Position numbers and translations under genes: made by a program. A stretch of 64,000 bases of DNA from Candidatus Uhrbacteria bacterium. GTDB lineage: Bacteria > Patescibacteriota > Patescibacteriia > UBA9934 > GWF2-40-263. This document shows, piece after piece, positions 1-11,572 of this stretch. Numbering within the stretch: the stretch's first letter is position 1; every line of letters begins with the position of its first letter. The notes below the pieces were generated by a model. The model was not told where the DNA came from. It made no database searches and saw nothing but the letters and a program-made list of their open reading frames with translations. The stretch lies in contig JACPHX010000003.1 of assembly GCA_016188425.1 (NCBI GenBank), positions 18,606 through 82,605 of the forward strand. The letters run 5' to 3'.

Positions 1-1646
<1,646 letters not shown>

Positions 1647-1652
1647 TGTTTG

Positions 1653-1943
1653 TTATTCAATAACCGCCATCACATCCTCCATCTTGATCACGAGGTATTC
1701 CACCCCGTCGATCTTCACTTCATCGGGGGCGTATTTTTTGAAGACGACTTTCTCTCCCACCTTCACGTCCATCGTGCTGCGGGTTCCGTTCTCAAGCACG
1801 CGGCCGGGGCCCGCGGCGATCACTTCTCCACGCTCGGAGCGTTCCTTCTCCACCGTATCGGGAATAATGATGCCCGCAACGGATTTCTCTTCCTTGGGAA
1901 GCGGTTTCACGACCAAATGGTCGGCAATCGGACGAAGCTGCAT
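1653..1943 (-). CDS. groES: Co-chaperonin GroES
   Basis: MQLRPIADHLVVK...GIIIPDT.EK...GEVIAAGPG, 96 aa, upstream of groEL. Confidence 0.97.
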   Translation of the reverse strand: MQLRPIADHLVVKPLPKEEKSVAGIIIPDTVEKERSERGEVIAAGPGRVLENGTRSTMDVKVGEKVVFKKYAPDEVKIDGVEYLVIKMEDVMAVIE

Positions 1944-1969
1944 ACGGGGTCAACGGTTAAGAATCGATT

Positions 1970-1996
1970 TTGGCACTCGGTTTTCTCGAGTGCTAG
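1970..1996 (-). promoter_or_regulatory. CIRCE element (HrcA operator)
   Basis: TTGGCACTC-N9-GAGTGCTAG against consensus TTAGCACTC-N9-GAGTGCTAA, directly upstream of groES. A minus-strand TTGACA lies at 2033-2028. Confidence 0.92.
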
Positions 1997-2072
1997 TGGG
2001 AGCATTCTTGCAATAATAAAACAACGCTGTCAAGACGGCAGTGTTTCTTGCTTTTTCCCAGTTTTTTGCGTC

Positions 2073-3344
2073 TTACCGTTCCTGTTTCGCCATCCTCCAC
2101 CCCATCGCCAGCACAAACCCCGTCAGCATCAGGCCTGGCTCCAAACTCCACAGGTAATGGTCGAACATCCCCAGCACAAACCAAAGCGACATCAGTGAAA
2201 GCGCGAACATGCCGCCGGACCAGGCGCGGTGACCCCAGAGGATATAAACGTAGCGGAAGAGCACCCATCCGAAAACCAACATTCCAATCACTCCAACTTC
2301 CGTCACCAACAAAACGAACGTGTTATGGATCGGCTGGTAGGCCCACGAGGGAGAATCTGGATGCGCCTGCGCGAGAATCAATGTATAGCCGCCCACACCA
2401 ACCCCCGTCCACGGCGCCGCGTACCACACGTCGTCCCACGCCGACCATTGGCCGAGCCGCTCTGCGAGGGAGTTCGCTTCCAGAGGAAGAGAGATGTTCA
2501 CGCGCGACACGATTGGCTTGAAAAAAAGGATGGCGGTGGCCGCCGTGACGCAAAGCAAGAAAACGATGGCGGGGATCGCGGTATGCGGCGGCGTCCTTCG
2601 TTCCCAAAGCATCAACAAAACAAAGACTATGACGCCAACCAAAAGGGCCACCCAGGAGCTACGAGAGAAAGTCAGAATCAACCCGCTGCCCACCGCGAGT
2701 GAACCCACCGCCAAAAATGGATCCTGCCAGGAACGACGATGAAAGAGGGCGATCAATGACAGAAAACCAACCGCCAAAAATCCGCCGAAAATATTCGGGT
2801 GCGGCAAGGGCCCATAGGCACGCAAGAGCCGGAACCCGTCTTCGAGTTGCACCACGGCGTCGCCAGGAACCGCGGCGGCATGTGAGGCGAGCCCAAACAG
2901 AGAGGAGGCCGGGCTTTCTCCCATAAGCAACTGCCACCACCCAAGGAGCACCGCCGGGATAAGGCCGCTCACAAAAGATTTGAGTAGGTGTGGCGAACGG
3001 ATCCTCGCATCAAGCAACAGCACGATGAAACCGGAGGCAAAGAGCAGATGCCCCCAGGAGGCGACCGTCAGCGTGGGGTCTGCAGAGCGGATCAGGCCAA
3101 GGCCAGGGAGAAGAAGCAATAACCATGGGTGAAAAAAACGACGGGTTGGTTCTTGGTTCGTAGGGCGTCCCGCGAGCATGCGAAGGCCCAGAGCGAGCAT
3201 GATCAGTATCTCGACGGCATAGAGGCTCAATTGCCCATATTCCCACCCCTCCCCGCTTGGGAGCGTCCGCCTTTCAAAAATCCATCGGGTCTGCCAGGGC
3301 AACAAAAAAACGGCGAGCAGGGTGGCCCATCGGAACAATCGCAC
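2073..3344 (-). CDS. O-antigen ligase (Wzy_C/WaaL-like) membrane protein
   Basis: Many TM segments and motifs RAYGPLPHPN, TFSRSSW, PIHN. Start placed at GTG 3344, just after the upstream stop. Confidence 0.8.
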   Translation of the reverse strand: MRLFRWATLLAVFLLPWQTRWIFERRTLPSGEGWEYGQLSLYAVEILIMLALGLRMLAGRPTNQEPTRRFFHPWLLLLLPGLGLIRSADPTLTVASWGHLLFASGFIVLLLDARIRSPHLLKSFVSGLIPAVLLGWWQLLMGESPASSLFGLASHAAAVPGDAVVQLEDGFRLLRAYGPLPHPNIFGGFLAVGFLSLIALFHRRSWQDPFLAVGSLAVGSGLILTFSRSSWVALLVGVIVFVLLMLWERRTPPHTAIPAIVFLLCVTAATAILFFKPIVSRVNISLPLEANSLAERLGQWSAWDDVWYAAPWTGVGVGGYTLILAQAHPDSPSWAYQPIHNTFVLLVTEVGVIGMLVFGWVLFRYVYILWGHRAWSGGMFALSLMSLWFVLGMFDHYLWSLEPGLMLTGFVLAMGWRMAKQER

Positions 3345-3346
3345 TC

Positions 3347-4255
3347 TTATGGTGTCGCCTCCAATTTCTGGCACAGGACAAAAAATCGCCGGGCGAAATC
3401 CGCCCGCGCATCGGTCTCGTGTAATTTTATCATGCTTTCGTTCACGACCACGCGAGTGTCGATGTTCTGGAGGGATCGGACGGCGGAAGGAAACCGTTTC
3501 TGCTGGAACCAACGGGCGAGCCCCTCCATCCATCCTGGAAACCACAAAGACCATCCGGCGCGACGATCGAGCACAGGACGGATTGCCTTCCCAAAGGCGT
3601 TGGGGAATGAACGTGCGGCCCACTGGTTGGCCTCATGGAAGGATGAAAAAACGGCTTCCCTTTCAAGAACGGGAACAAGCGACCGGATCCAAAACGGCAA
3701 ATACGGTTCCGAGGGAACAAAACGTAAATTGGCCAAACCAAGGGACGTGTCGGACGTAAAAAAACTGAAACAAAAAGGATGCTCCTTTCCGGTGCCGGGG
3801 CGCAGACGAAGCAAGGCGAACGGTGTGACCAAGAGCAGCCGGGTGAGCCATACCGCTCCGCGGCGGACGATGACAAAAATATCTATGTCGCTTTTCTCTC
3901 CCGCGGAAAAATATGAGAGCGTGTTGGCGGCGGCCACCCCCTTCACCCAAGGGATATGGCGTGCCAGACAGCAGACCCAGGAAAGACGATGCCATTTCTT
4001 CATGGAAGAGAGGAAGCGTGCGTGCCGACGAGTCAGCAGATCAGATGCCCCATTGAGCGTGACAAAACCATGTGTCCATTCCGTTTTCTCGATAACAAAT
4101 GGAGAGGATCGGAGACACTCGCCTACTTGCAAAAGCGTGACATATGAAGGAGGAGCATGCAGCCACTTCCATACCTCAAACGTCGTGGCCGGGTATTCGA
4201 GGACAGAAAACCAGGCCAAAGTCCGCAGGATGCTTTTTTCAAGCGCGGACGGCAT
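3347..4255 (-). CDS. Hypothetical nucleotidyltransferase-fold protein
   Basis: NTLS...SDIDIFVI Pol-beta-like motif; start MPSALE directly follows the yidC stop. Confidence 0.6.
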   Translation of the reverse strand: MPSALEKSILRTLAWFSVLEYPATTFEVWKWLHAPPSYVTLLQVGECLRSSPFVIEKTEWTHGFVTLNGASDLLTRRHARFLSSMKKWHRLSWVCCLARHIPWVKGVAAANTLSYFSAGEKSDIDIFVIVRRGAVWLTRLLLVTPFALLRLRPGTGKEHPFCFSFFTSDTSLGLANLRFVPSEPYLPFWIRSLVPVLEREAVFSSFHEANQWAARSFPNAFGKAIRPVLDRRAGWSLWFPGWMEGLARWFQQKRFPSAVRSLQNIDTRVVVNESMIKLHETDARADFARRFFVLCQKLEATP

Positions 4256-4259
4256 AAAA

Positions 4260-5036
4260 TCAAGGCGCAGGAGGCGCAAGGGGCACAGACGGCGCAGGAG
4301 GAGGAACGGGAGAGGCATCCTTTTTATGGCGGAAGGCAACCATTTGTTGGAAGATGGAAATGGCATTGGTGGCGACCCAGTAGAGCGCCACGCCTCCCGG
4401 GAGCGTAGCACCCAAGACGGCGGTCATAAGCGGCAGCGCGTAGGTCATGGATTTGTTCATGGCGGCCATCATGTCCTCGTCCTTGGCTCCCTCTTTCTTG
4501 CGCAAAGCCGGAGGCGGGCGGCGGGCCATGAGCATGCGGGTCTGAAAATACTGCAGAACACCAGCAACCGCCGCCAACCAGATGTTCTTTTGCGTCAGGT
4601 CAATGAGGCCGAAAAAATGCGAGTTGATGTCCCCTGGGTTTTGGATGAATGGATAGAGCGTGTTGAGATTTCCCGGATTCAAGCCTGAGAGTAAAACATG
4701 ATAAAGCGCGATCAAGATGGGCAATTGGACCAGGATCGGCAAACAGGAAGACAAAGGATTCACTTTTTCTTTCGAGTACAGTTCCATCATGGCTTTGGCG
4801 AGCGCGTCCTTGTTCGCCCCATGTTCCGATTTAAGCGCATCGAGCTTGGGCTGCAAATCCTGGAGCCTCCGCTGCGATTTGAGCGAGGAATGGGAGAGTG
4901 GCCACAAGACAAGCTTAATGAGAATGGTAAGCGCGATGATCGCGAGCCCCATATCATGCCATGGCAGCACGTTATAGATTTCGATCAAAAGATTAAAGAG
5001 CGGACGCGTGAGTATCTCGTTGAAAAATGAGCCCAT
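4260..5036 (-). CDS. yidC: Membrane protein insertase YidC/Oxa1 (short form)
   Basis: GLAIIALTILIKLVLWPL, LQPKL, VNPLSSCLPILVQLPI, GVALYW. Confidence 0.95.
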   Translation of the reverse strand: MGSFFNEILTRPLFNLLIEIYNVLPWHDMGLAIIALTILIKLVLWPLSHSSLKSQRRLQDLQPKLDALKSEHGANKDALAKAMMELYSKEKVNPLSSCLPILVQLPILIALYHVLLSGLNPGNLNTLYPFIQNPGDINSHFFGLIDLTQKNIWLAAVAGVLQYFQTRMLMARRPPPALRKKEGAKDEDMMAAMNKSMTYALPLMTAVLGATLPGGVALYWVATNAISIFQQMVAFRHKKDASPVPPPAPSVPLAPPAP

Positions 5037-5044
5037 AGGTGAAA

Positions 5045-6349
5045 CTATTCGGTTGGTTCAGGAGCAAATTCCGACGCCGCCGGCTGTCCCTCTTCTTCTG
5101 TCCCCTCTCTTGTTTTATCCTCCCCCTGCGCCCCTTGGACCTCCTGCGCCTCCTCCTGTGCCACCCCCTCTGCTTCCACCGGTTTGGACTCGATGATGTT
5201 GATCTTCCACCCCGTCAGTTTCGCCGCGAGACGCACGTTCTGCCCGCCTTTGCCGATCGCCAAGGAAAGTTGTTCCTTTGGAACAATGACCGTGGCTGCG
5301 CGCGTCGCTTCATCTAGCTCGACCCGCTCAATTTTTGCAGGAGAAAGGGAGTTCGTGATGAACGCCACTTGGTTCTCGTTCCATTCGATAATATCGATCT
5401 TTTCTCCAGAGAGCTCATGGATGATGGTTTGGATACGCGTGCCGCGCTGGCCGATGCAGGCGCCAATCGGATCGATCTGTTCATCGTCGGTCCAGACGGC
5501 GATTTTGGAACGTGACCCGGCTTCGCGCGCGAGTTCCTTTATTTTGACGACGCCTTCCCCTATTTCCGGAATCTCGACTTCAAACAACTTCCGTACTAAC
5601 CCTTCCGCGGTACGCGAAAGTAAAATCTCTGGTCCGCGATTGGTAAGCCCCACCTGGCGGACAAACACCTTGAGACGCGCACCGGGAAGATATTTCTCGG
5701 AAGGGACTTGGTCTTCTGGCCGCATGACGCCGGCCGTGCGGCCAATATCGACAAGGACGATTCGGCCCTCGCGGCGCTGGACTGTGCCATGGATCAGCTC
5801 GCCTTCGTGGTCTTTATACTCGTTGAAAATAATCTCGCGTTCCGCCTCGCGCAATTTCTGCGTGATCACCTGCTTGGCCGTCATGGCAGCCATGCGTCCG
5901 AACTCGCCCGGCACCGGCATTTCCATGCGCAAAATGTCGCCAACCTTCGCCTCGCCATCCACCGACCGTGCCTCTTTGAGCATGATGTCGGTCTTCTGGT
6001 TGAACGTGGGCAAATCGTCGTCTGCCATCGTCCAAGAGGAAATATCCTCCCCTTTCGCGCGCGCCTGTTCCATCTGTTGCGTAAAGGCAAGCGCCCGCTG
6101 TGCCCGCGTGGCCTCTGCTTCCTCCAGGACCTTCGGATCAATATTCGCCACGACGGTTTTTACATCAAAGACGCGGACGCGACCGCTCGACGGATCAAAC
6201 TTCGCTTCGATGTTCTGCATCTTGTCGCCAAAATCCTTGCGATATGCGGCGGCGAGCGCGGCTTCGATCGCATCAATGACAGACTCGTAGGCAAGGCCCT
6301 TTTCGTCGCAAATCTGTCGAATGGCTTGTTCAATGGGAGACGTAGACAT
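5045..6349 (-). CDS. nusA: Transcription factor NusA
   Basis: FGRMAAMTAKQVI, S1 and KH domains (AREAGSRSKIAV, ACIGQRG, AIGKGGQNVRLA). Start placed at MSTSPIEQAI. Confidence 0.96.
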   Translation of the reverse strand: MSTSPIEQAIRQICDEKGLAYESVIDAIEAALAAAYRKDFGDKMQNIEAKFDPSSGRVRVFDVKTVVANIDPKVLEEAEATRAQRALAFTQQMEQARAKGEDISSWTMADDDLPTFNQKTDIMLKEARSVDGEAKVGDILRMEMPVPGEFGRMAAMTAKQVITQKLREAEREIIFNEYKDHEGELIHGTVQRREGRIVLVDIGRTAGVMRPEDQVPSEKYLPGARLKVFVRQVGLTNRGPEILLSRTAEGLVRKLFEVEIPEIGEGVVKIKELAREAGSRSKIAVWTDDEQIDPIGACIGQRGTRIQTIIHELSGEKIDIIEWNENQVAFITNSLSPAKIERVELDEATRAATVIVPKEQLSLAIGKGGQNVRLAAKLTGWKINIIESKPVEAEGVAQEEAQEVQGAQGEDKTREGTEEEGQPAASEFAPEPTE

Positions 6350-6446
6350 AGGGAGAAACATTACAAAACACGAAATAGACAAACGGGCAAAAAAGTACCT
6401 TTCGAAAAAATGAACTCGTCCGGTCGACGAGTTCTACCTGCATAAG

Positions 6447-6818
6447 TTACCAAGCGTCGACGCCGGCGTCAAGAGAAGAAATGTGGGTAATGATCTCCTT
6501 GGGAGGTACCCCTTCGACGAGCACGGCCTCCAGGCGGAATGCGCGGTCAGGCATATGGTGTTCGCGCAGGTACGCGTAGCCCGCTTTGAGGAGACGAAGA
6601 ACTTTCTGCCTTGTGATCGTCTCTTCCGGGTAGCCAAAACGCGTCGATTTCCGACGCGTTTTCACTTCGACAAATACAAGCTCGGTTCCTTCTTCACAAA
6701 CCAAATCGATTTCTCCCAACTGCGTGCGGTATTGCCGACAGACGACACGGTACCCGCGCGTAGCGAGCCACTCTGCCGCTCGCGCTTCGCCTGCGTCTCC
6801 CACTTCCTTGCGGTTCAT
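6447..6818 (-). CDS. yraN: YraN (UPF0102) family nuclease-like protein
   Basis: GDAGEARAA, GEIDLV, LVFVEVKTR motifs. Confidence 0.9.
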   Translation of the reverse strand: MNRKEVGDAGEARAAEWLATRGYRVVCRQYRTQLGEIDLVCEEGTELVFVEVKTRRKSTRFGYPEETITRQKVLRLLKAGYAYLREHHMPDRAFRLEAVLVEGVPPKEIITHISSLDAGVDAW

Positions 6819-6821
6819 AGC

Positions 6822-7226
6822 TTATTCTCCCTTCGCCTGCGGAAGATATTTTTCCCGCTCGCGTCGCTCCAACACCTCGCGCGACACACCGGATGCGCGC
6901 GTACGAAAAATGACCACCAACCAAATCAATCCCCAAAGCCCGTAGATCGGATACCAGAAACGGGCACCCAGCAGACGAATCTGCTCGAAACTGAAGAAGA
7001 ACAGAATAAGACCAACAAACCCAAGCGTGAGACACCAGTTGGCAAAGTGCCTCCAACGAAAGGCGTTCTCACGTTTCGGTGAGTGGTGATTCCAAATAGT
7101 CAGACCAATTCCCGCGCTACACAAAGCCGCAAACACCACCAACACCACCCACCCGAGAAAGCCGGCAAGGTTGGGAGGATTCAAGGTGAGCCAGTAGTTC
7201 CACGAAAACAAAGCGGAGAAATCCAT
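6822..7226 (-). CDS. Hypothetical membrane protein (3 TM)
   Basis: Hydrophobic segments and a basic C-terminus (REKYLP); co-oriented with the operon. Confidence 0.65.
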   Translation of the reverse strand: MDFSALFSWNYWLTLNPPNLAGFLGWVVLVVFAALCSAGIGLTIWNHHSPKRENAFRWRHFANWCLTLGFVGLILFFFSFEQIRLLGARFWYPIYGLWGLIWLVVIFRTRASGVSREVLERREREKYLPQAKGE

Positions 7227-7260
7227 AGGGTTACGATAGTACAAAACCCGCGTCTGGCCG

Positions 7261-7812
7261 TCAAAAAACTCTCTCGAATAGAAAGGCCTCATGGTACCGA
7301 CCCGCCGGCAACACTCCAACCAATTCAAATCCCCTATCCCCCAAACCTTCCAAGCCCTTCCTGGCCCTTTCCAGTCCTTGCATCATCATTGCCCTCCCCC
7401 GTGGATTCCACTCCACGACAAGGAGCTTCCCCCTTGCCCCAAGAAGACGGCGCCATTCGGAAAACGCCTGCTGGGGCTGCGACAAGCCGTCCATAATATG
7501 TACGACGCTGATGACATCCGCCGTTCCATCGGCGATAGGCACCCCGCCGAGGCGCTCGGCATCGCCACGGACGACCCGGACATTCGATTGATTCCTCCGA
7601 CAAATTTCCCGATGCAAATGTTCAAGCGGACGCAAATCCACCTCAACCCCGCAGCACCATCCTTCCTCCCCGCAGAGGTGCGCCGCAGGGAACAAAAAAT
7701 GCCCCGTCCCTCCGCAGCCCAAATCCACATAACGGGAACCAAGCCCCACCCCTGCCATGCGCAGAAGCGGATACGGATCAAGATTGGCGCGTCCTCGGGT
7801 CAAGGCAAACAT
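7261..7812 (-). CDS. Class I SAM-dependent methyltransferase
   Basis: VDLGCGGTG motif I, VRGDAE, LLVVEW. Confidence 0.8.
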   Translation of the reverse strand: MFALTRGRANLDPYPLLRMAGVGLGSRYVDLGCGGTGHFLFPAAHLCGEEGWCCGVEVDLRPLEHLHREICRRNQSNVRVVRGDAERLGGVPIADGTADVISVVHIMDGLSQPQQAFSEWRRLLGARGKLLVVEWNPRGRAMMMQGLERARKGLEGLGDRGFELVGVLPAGRYHEAFLFERVF

Positions 7813-7813
7813 A

Positions 7814-8092
7814 TCAGGGAGTTCGCTTGTTTGAAGGCAAAAAGAAATTGCCGACCGCCTCGATGAAACCGCCGATTAAATTGGTGTAAAACGCGAAGCC
7901 GAAAAAGATGAGAACAATGCCGACGAGTCTCAAAAACGGGTAGGTTCCCCCGGATCCCATCTTGTCTTCTGCCCAGCTGATGGGCCCCGTCCACGTAATC
8001 ATGGCTCCTGTCTTCACAACCAAAAGGACGCCGATGGCGACAAATATCGAACCGGCAATAAGACGGAACGGAAGGGAAACAACGACAGGCAT
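7814..8092 (-). CDS. Small 2-TM hypothetical protein
   Basis: Two hydrophobic helices around WAEDKMGSGGT; abuts the next gene. Confidence 0.6.
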   Translation of the reverse strand: MPVVVSLPFRLIAGSIFVAIGVLLVVKTGAMITWTGPISWAEDKMGSGGTYPFLRLVGIVLIFFGFAFYTNLIGGFIEAVGNFFLPSNKRTP

Positions 8093-8153
8093 AGGAGAGA
8101 GAAATGGATTCCTGCATAGTATATCCTAAAACGCATCCAGACCGACAATCGGC

Positions 8154-8182
8154 TTGCCTTTGCCTCATGGATGAGTTACTCT
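8154..8182 (+). promoter_or_regulatory. Putative sigma70 promoter of tRNA-Leu
   Basis: TTGCCT-17 nt-TACTCT, 18 nt upstream of the tRNA. Confidence 0.5.
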
Positions 8183-8200
8183 CATCCCACAAATGAGTCC

Positions 8201-8286
8201 GCGGACGTGGCGAAATGGTAGACGCACTAGCTTGAGGGGCTAGCGGGAGCAATCCCATGAGAGTTCGAGTCTCTCCGTCCGCACCA
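8201..8286 (+). tRNA. tRNA-Leu(GAG)
   Basis: Acceptor GCGGACG/CGTCCGC-ACCA, anticodon arm CTAGC-TTGAGGG-GCTAG, long variable arm, GTTCGAG T-loop. Confidence 0.96.
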
Positions 8287-8613
8287 CAAGAGACGCTGCG
8301 ATTTTTTGGCTAAGATGTCGAAGGACTTCTTGGCCGAAATGAGCAGCGTTTTTTGTTGAAGTTCAAGGTTTGAGAACACCGTTTCGGCGATTGAACGTCG
8401 AACGTGTCCGTCGCCTTCCTCGAAGCGAGAAGCTGCGGTTTTCCCAAAGGTAATAGCTTCGAGAAGAGGTTTGAGAAGAACGGACTTGTCGTGCATCCGC
8501 TCTTGTTTCTGATGGAGCTCGGTGCGTTCGAGCACGAGTTTTTCGCGGTCAGCCTTGAGCTCGTCGGCCGTGATCGCTCCGTCGGCACACAGGTCGCGCA
8601 GCCGCGTGATCCT
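8227..8613 (-). pseudogene. C-terminal remnant of a large serine recombinase, cut by IS256
   Basis: RITRLRDLCADGAITADE...VFSNLELQQKTLLISAK resembles the prophage integrase C-terminus (LNKAVLDGYFTSDE...LSSNRELKGQTLLIQA). It ends WCGRRDSNS in the antisense tRNA. Confidence 0.8.
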
Positions 8614-9988
8614 GGGTCTGTACAATATTCTGTGTAAATGGCATTTAGATGGATAGCTAACCAATCCTCTATGTCAGACCAATCTATGTCTTCCATGCCA
8701 TCCGTCCCAGCTGTTTCCTCTCGTCCTCCCCGCCGCGTGAGTGCGGAAGAATTCGATGCCCGCATGAAAGGAATCAAGTCCGTGGAAGACGCCCATGCCT
8801 TCATCCGGGAAATGATGGGTTCCACTCTGCAAACCGTGCTTGAAGCGGAACTCACGGATCATCTGGGATACGACAAGCATGACAATGAAGGAGACGGGTC
8901 TGGAAACAGCCGAAATGGGTATTCGGAAAAAACCGTGGAGACGTCTTTGGGAAAGACGGTGCTTGCCGTTCCCCGGGATCGGGAAGGGATGTTCGAGCCC
9001 AGGATCATCCCCAAACACGGACGCAAGACTACCAATGAATTGGAGGACAAGATCATTGCCATGTATGCCCAGGGGATGACCACAAGGGATATCCATGCCC
9101 ACATGCAGGACATTTACGGAGTCGATGTTTCTGCCACCATGGTCAGTACCATCACCGACAAGCTGGAACCCCAGATCCGAGAATGGAGGGAGAGGCCGCT
9201 GGAAACGATGTACCCCATCGTATACCTGGATGGCATCCGGTTTAAGGTGAGGGACAATGGCAAAATGATGAACAAATGCGCGTATTCCGTTCTTGCCTTG
9301 AATATCGAGGGAAAGAAGGAAGTCTTGGGCCTCTGGGTCGCTCAAAGCGAAGGAGCCAAGTTCTGGATGGAGGTATTGAATGAGCTCAAAAACAGAGGAG
9401 TGGAGGATATCCTCATCTGTTGTGTGGATGGTCTCACGGGATTCAACGAAGCCATCGAAGCCGTGTTTCCACAGACAAATATCCAACGCTGCATCGTCCA
9501 TCTCATACGCTCTTCCCTGAAGTTCATCCCCCACAAGCTCAAGGACAAATTCTGCCATGATCTGAAACAGATCTATACGGCTCCCACGGAGGAAGCGGGA
9601 CTGCAGGCGCTCATGGATATGAAGGAGGCATGGAAGGACCACCCTGCTGCGCTGCAGGCATGGGAACAATTCTGGCCGGATCTCTCCACCTTTTTCATCT
9701 TTTCCCAGCCGGTCAGGCGTATCATCTATACGACAAACGCCGTGGAATCCCTCCATCGTCAATTACGCAAAATCACAAAAACAACCTCGACGTTTCCCCA
9801 CGATGAGGATCTCATCAAACTGCTGTACCTGGGGGTCTGGAATATTTCAAAACGCTGGACGGCTCCCATCACGAGGTGGAGCGAAATCCTGGCCCAGCTC
9901 ACCATCCAATTTCCAAACAGAATCAATTTCTCCTAACCCATTTCAAAACCTATCCACAGGCTATTTACACAAAAGATTTGACACACCC
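8614..9988 (+). mobile_element. IS256-family insertion sequence
   Basis: IRL GGGTCTGTACAATATTCTGTGTAAAT matches reverse-complemented IRR GGGTGTGTCAAATCTTTTGTGTAAAT. No target duplication. Confidence 0.9.
8671..9936 (+). CDS. IS256-family (mutator-type) DDE transposase
   Basis: NSRNGY, VPRDR.G.FEP, YLDG, LKNRG, VDGLTG, QRCIVH, YTTNAVES. Start uncertain (8638-8695). Confidence 0.95.
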   Translation: MSDQSMSSMPSVPAVSSRPPRRVSAEEFDARMKGIKSVEDAHAFIREMMGSTLQTVLEAELTDHLGYDKHDNEGDGSGNSRNGYSEKTVETSLGKTVLAVPRDREGMFEPRIIPKHGRKTTNELEDKIIAMYAQGMTTRDIHAHMQDIYGVDVSATMVSTITDKLEPQIREWRERPLETMYPIVYLDGIRFKVRDNGKMMNKCAYSVLALNIEGKKEVLGLWVAQSEGAKFWMEVLNELKNRGVEDILICCVDGLTGFNEAIEAVFPQTNIQRCIVHLIRSSLKFIPHKLKDKFCHDLKQIYTAPTEEAGLQALMDMKEAWKDHPAALQAWEQFWPDLSTFFIFSQPVRRIIYTTNAVESLHRQLRKITKTTSTFPHDEDLIKLLYLGVWNISKRWTAPITRWSEILAQLTIQFPNRINFS

Positions 9989-10588
9989 GTCACAAACGCT
10001 TCAAACCTCGTGACCGGGGCTCAAGACGTAGAGCTGACCCATCGCGGGGTCGAGCAAGCTCGCCAGGTCGGGCGCGAGCTCGACCATGAATACCCAACGG
10101 CCTTCGCTTCGGCGCTTCGGCGGTCAAGAGACACGCTCAGACTTGCAATGGAAGCTGGAAGTGTCGTTGTCGGCAAAGTGCGTTGGGATGAGCGGCTCAA
10201 CGAACGAGGTCTCGGAAAACTTGAGCTTCAGCCCTCCCGCTTCGAACCTGCGTACGCGGCCGGAGATCTCAAGTACGCGCCCGAGGGTGGAGAGTCGTAC
10301 GAAGCGGTGGCGAGACGCACACTCTCTTTCTTGATCGATCTGACCGATCTGGTGAAAGAGTCTCCGGCGGAGACGATTCTCATATGCGGTCACATGGGAC
10401 CGCTGCGCATCCTTGTTGGGATTCTCGACGACGCGGAAGATCCAGTCGTGGTTCTGGCCCGTTCGTTCCCAAACGCGGAAATGATGCGGCTTCGACTCCA
10501 TCAAGTTTCCATACCGCCTTTCCTCGAGGACCTTGCGCGTGTCGGAAGACAAGCTCCCGTTCGCGCAGTCGCGATCGTGGCAGGTTGA
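9989..10588 (+). pseudogene. Histidine phosphatase (PGM-like), 5'-truncated by IS256
   Basis: LT..G.EQA, SALRRS.DT, LNER.LG, GGES and CGHMG are present. The catalytic N-terminal RHG is absent and the IS end sits at its position. Confidence 0.75.
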
Positions 10589-11561
10589 ATCGGTACCTTT
10601 CTCCCGTTTCACCGCACTCTCCCATAATTGGAAGGCATCGACCGAGCGCTTCATCGCCTTGCGTGACATGCTCTCTCGATCTCCTCTCCCGCAAGAGATT
10701 GAGACGTTGGCCGCTGCGGGTTCTCTGGGTCGGATGGAAGCTTCCGACGCCTCGGATGGCGACATCATCATTGTCGTGAAGGATGGTACACCGGAGGATC
10801 GAGCTCAAGCAGTCTACGACGATGTCTGGAATCGGCTTGAGGGCGTCGAGCGTCCGAACGCAACCGGCGTGTTCTCGAACCATGCCACAGAGGGTCAGCT
10901 TCACAGTGACAGCGTTGGCGATCCACAAGAGAGCTCCAAGACTTTGGGCAAAAGACTCCTTTTGCTACTCGAGTCCCAACCGCTCTATAATGACGAAGCG
11001 TATTGGAGTCTCATCGAGCGCATCGTTGACCAGTACGCAAAGAACTACGTCGCGTTGGACTCGACGAAAGAGTGGGCATTCCTGATCAACGATTTGATCC
11101 GCTATTTTCGTTCGATCTGCGTATCTTACCAGTTCAGTTTCAACGAGCAGAAGGAGAAATGGGCCCTTCGAAACGTGAAGCTTCGACACAGCCGTCTCAT
11201 CATGTACTCTGGCCTTTTGTTTCTTCTCGGAGAAGCAAGCAAGGAGCGGAAAGACAAAGTCTCGTGGCTCAAGCGCCACCTTCGCTATACACCGCTCGAA
11301 CGCATTGCGCTCGCCTACGACGCAAATGGCGATCGGAGCTTCCACCGATTGATCGGGCTCTACGATGTCTTCCAAGCGGCCCTCAATAGCGAAGTGCGAA
11401 CGAAACTCAACGTTGAGTACGCACATCGGTACGACCACCCGGAGTTCGCGCGCCTAAAGGCGAATTCAGATGCCCTCGTCGCGGAGCTTCTGCGATTCGT
11501 GTTTGCGCGCCAAGCGAACGAAGACTGGAGCGCCCGATTCTTTGAATATCTCATTTTCTAA
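10533..11561 (+). CDS. Putative Pol-beta-superfamily nucleotidyltransferase with helical C-terminal domain (GlnD/DUF294-like)
   Basis: AGSLGRMEASDASDGD (GS...DxD), RLLLLLES, LINDLIRYFR, LRNVKLRHSR. Confidence 0.7.
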   Translation: MRVSEDKLPFAQSRSWQVESVPFSRFTALSHNWKASTERFIALRDMLSRSPLPQEIETLAAAGSLGRMEASDASDGDIIIVVKDGTPEDRAQAVYDDVWNRLEGVERPNATGVFSNHATEGQLHSDSVGDPQESSKTLGKRLLLLLESQPLYNDEAYWSLIERIVDQYAKNYVALDSTKEWAFLINDLIRYFRSICVSYQFSFNEQKEKWALRNVKLRHSRLIMYSGLLFLLGEASKERKDKVSWLKRHLRYTPLERIALAYDANGDRSFHRLIGLYDVFQAALNSEVRTKLNVEYAHRYDHPEFARLKANSDALVAELLRFVFARQANEDWSARFFEYLIF

Positions 11562-11572
11562 AGTTACCGTGT

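Noticed and set aside
9803-10588. Intact 261-aa protein starting inside IS256
   Set aside because: The N-terminal part is IS sequence in an alternative frame and the RHG motif is missing; treated as a truncated phosphatase.
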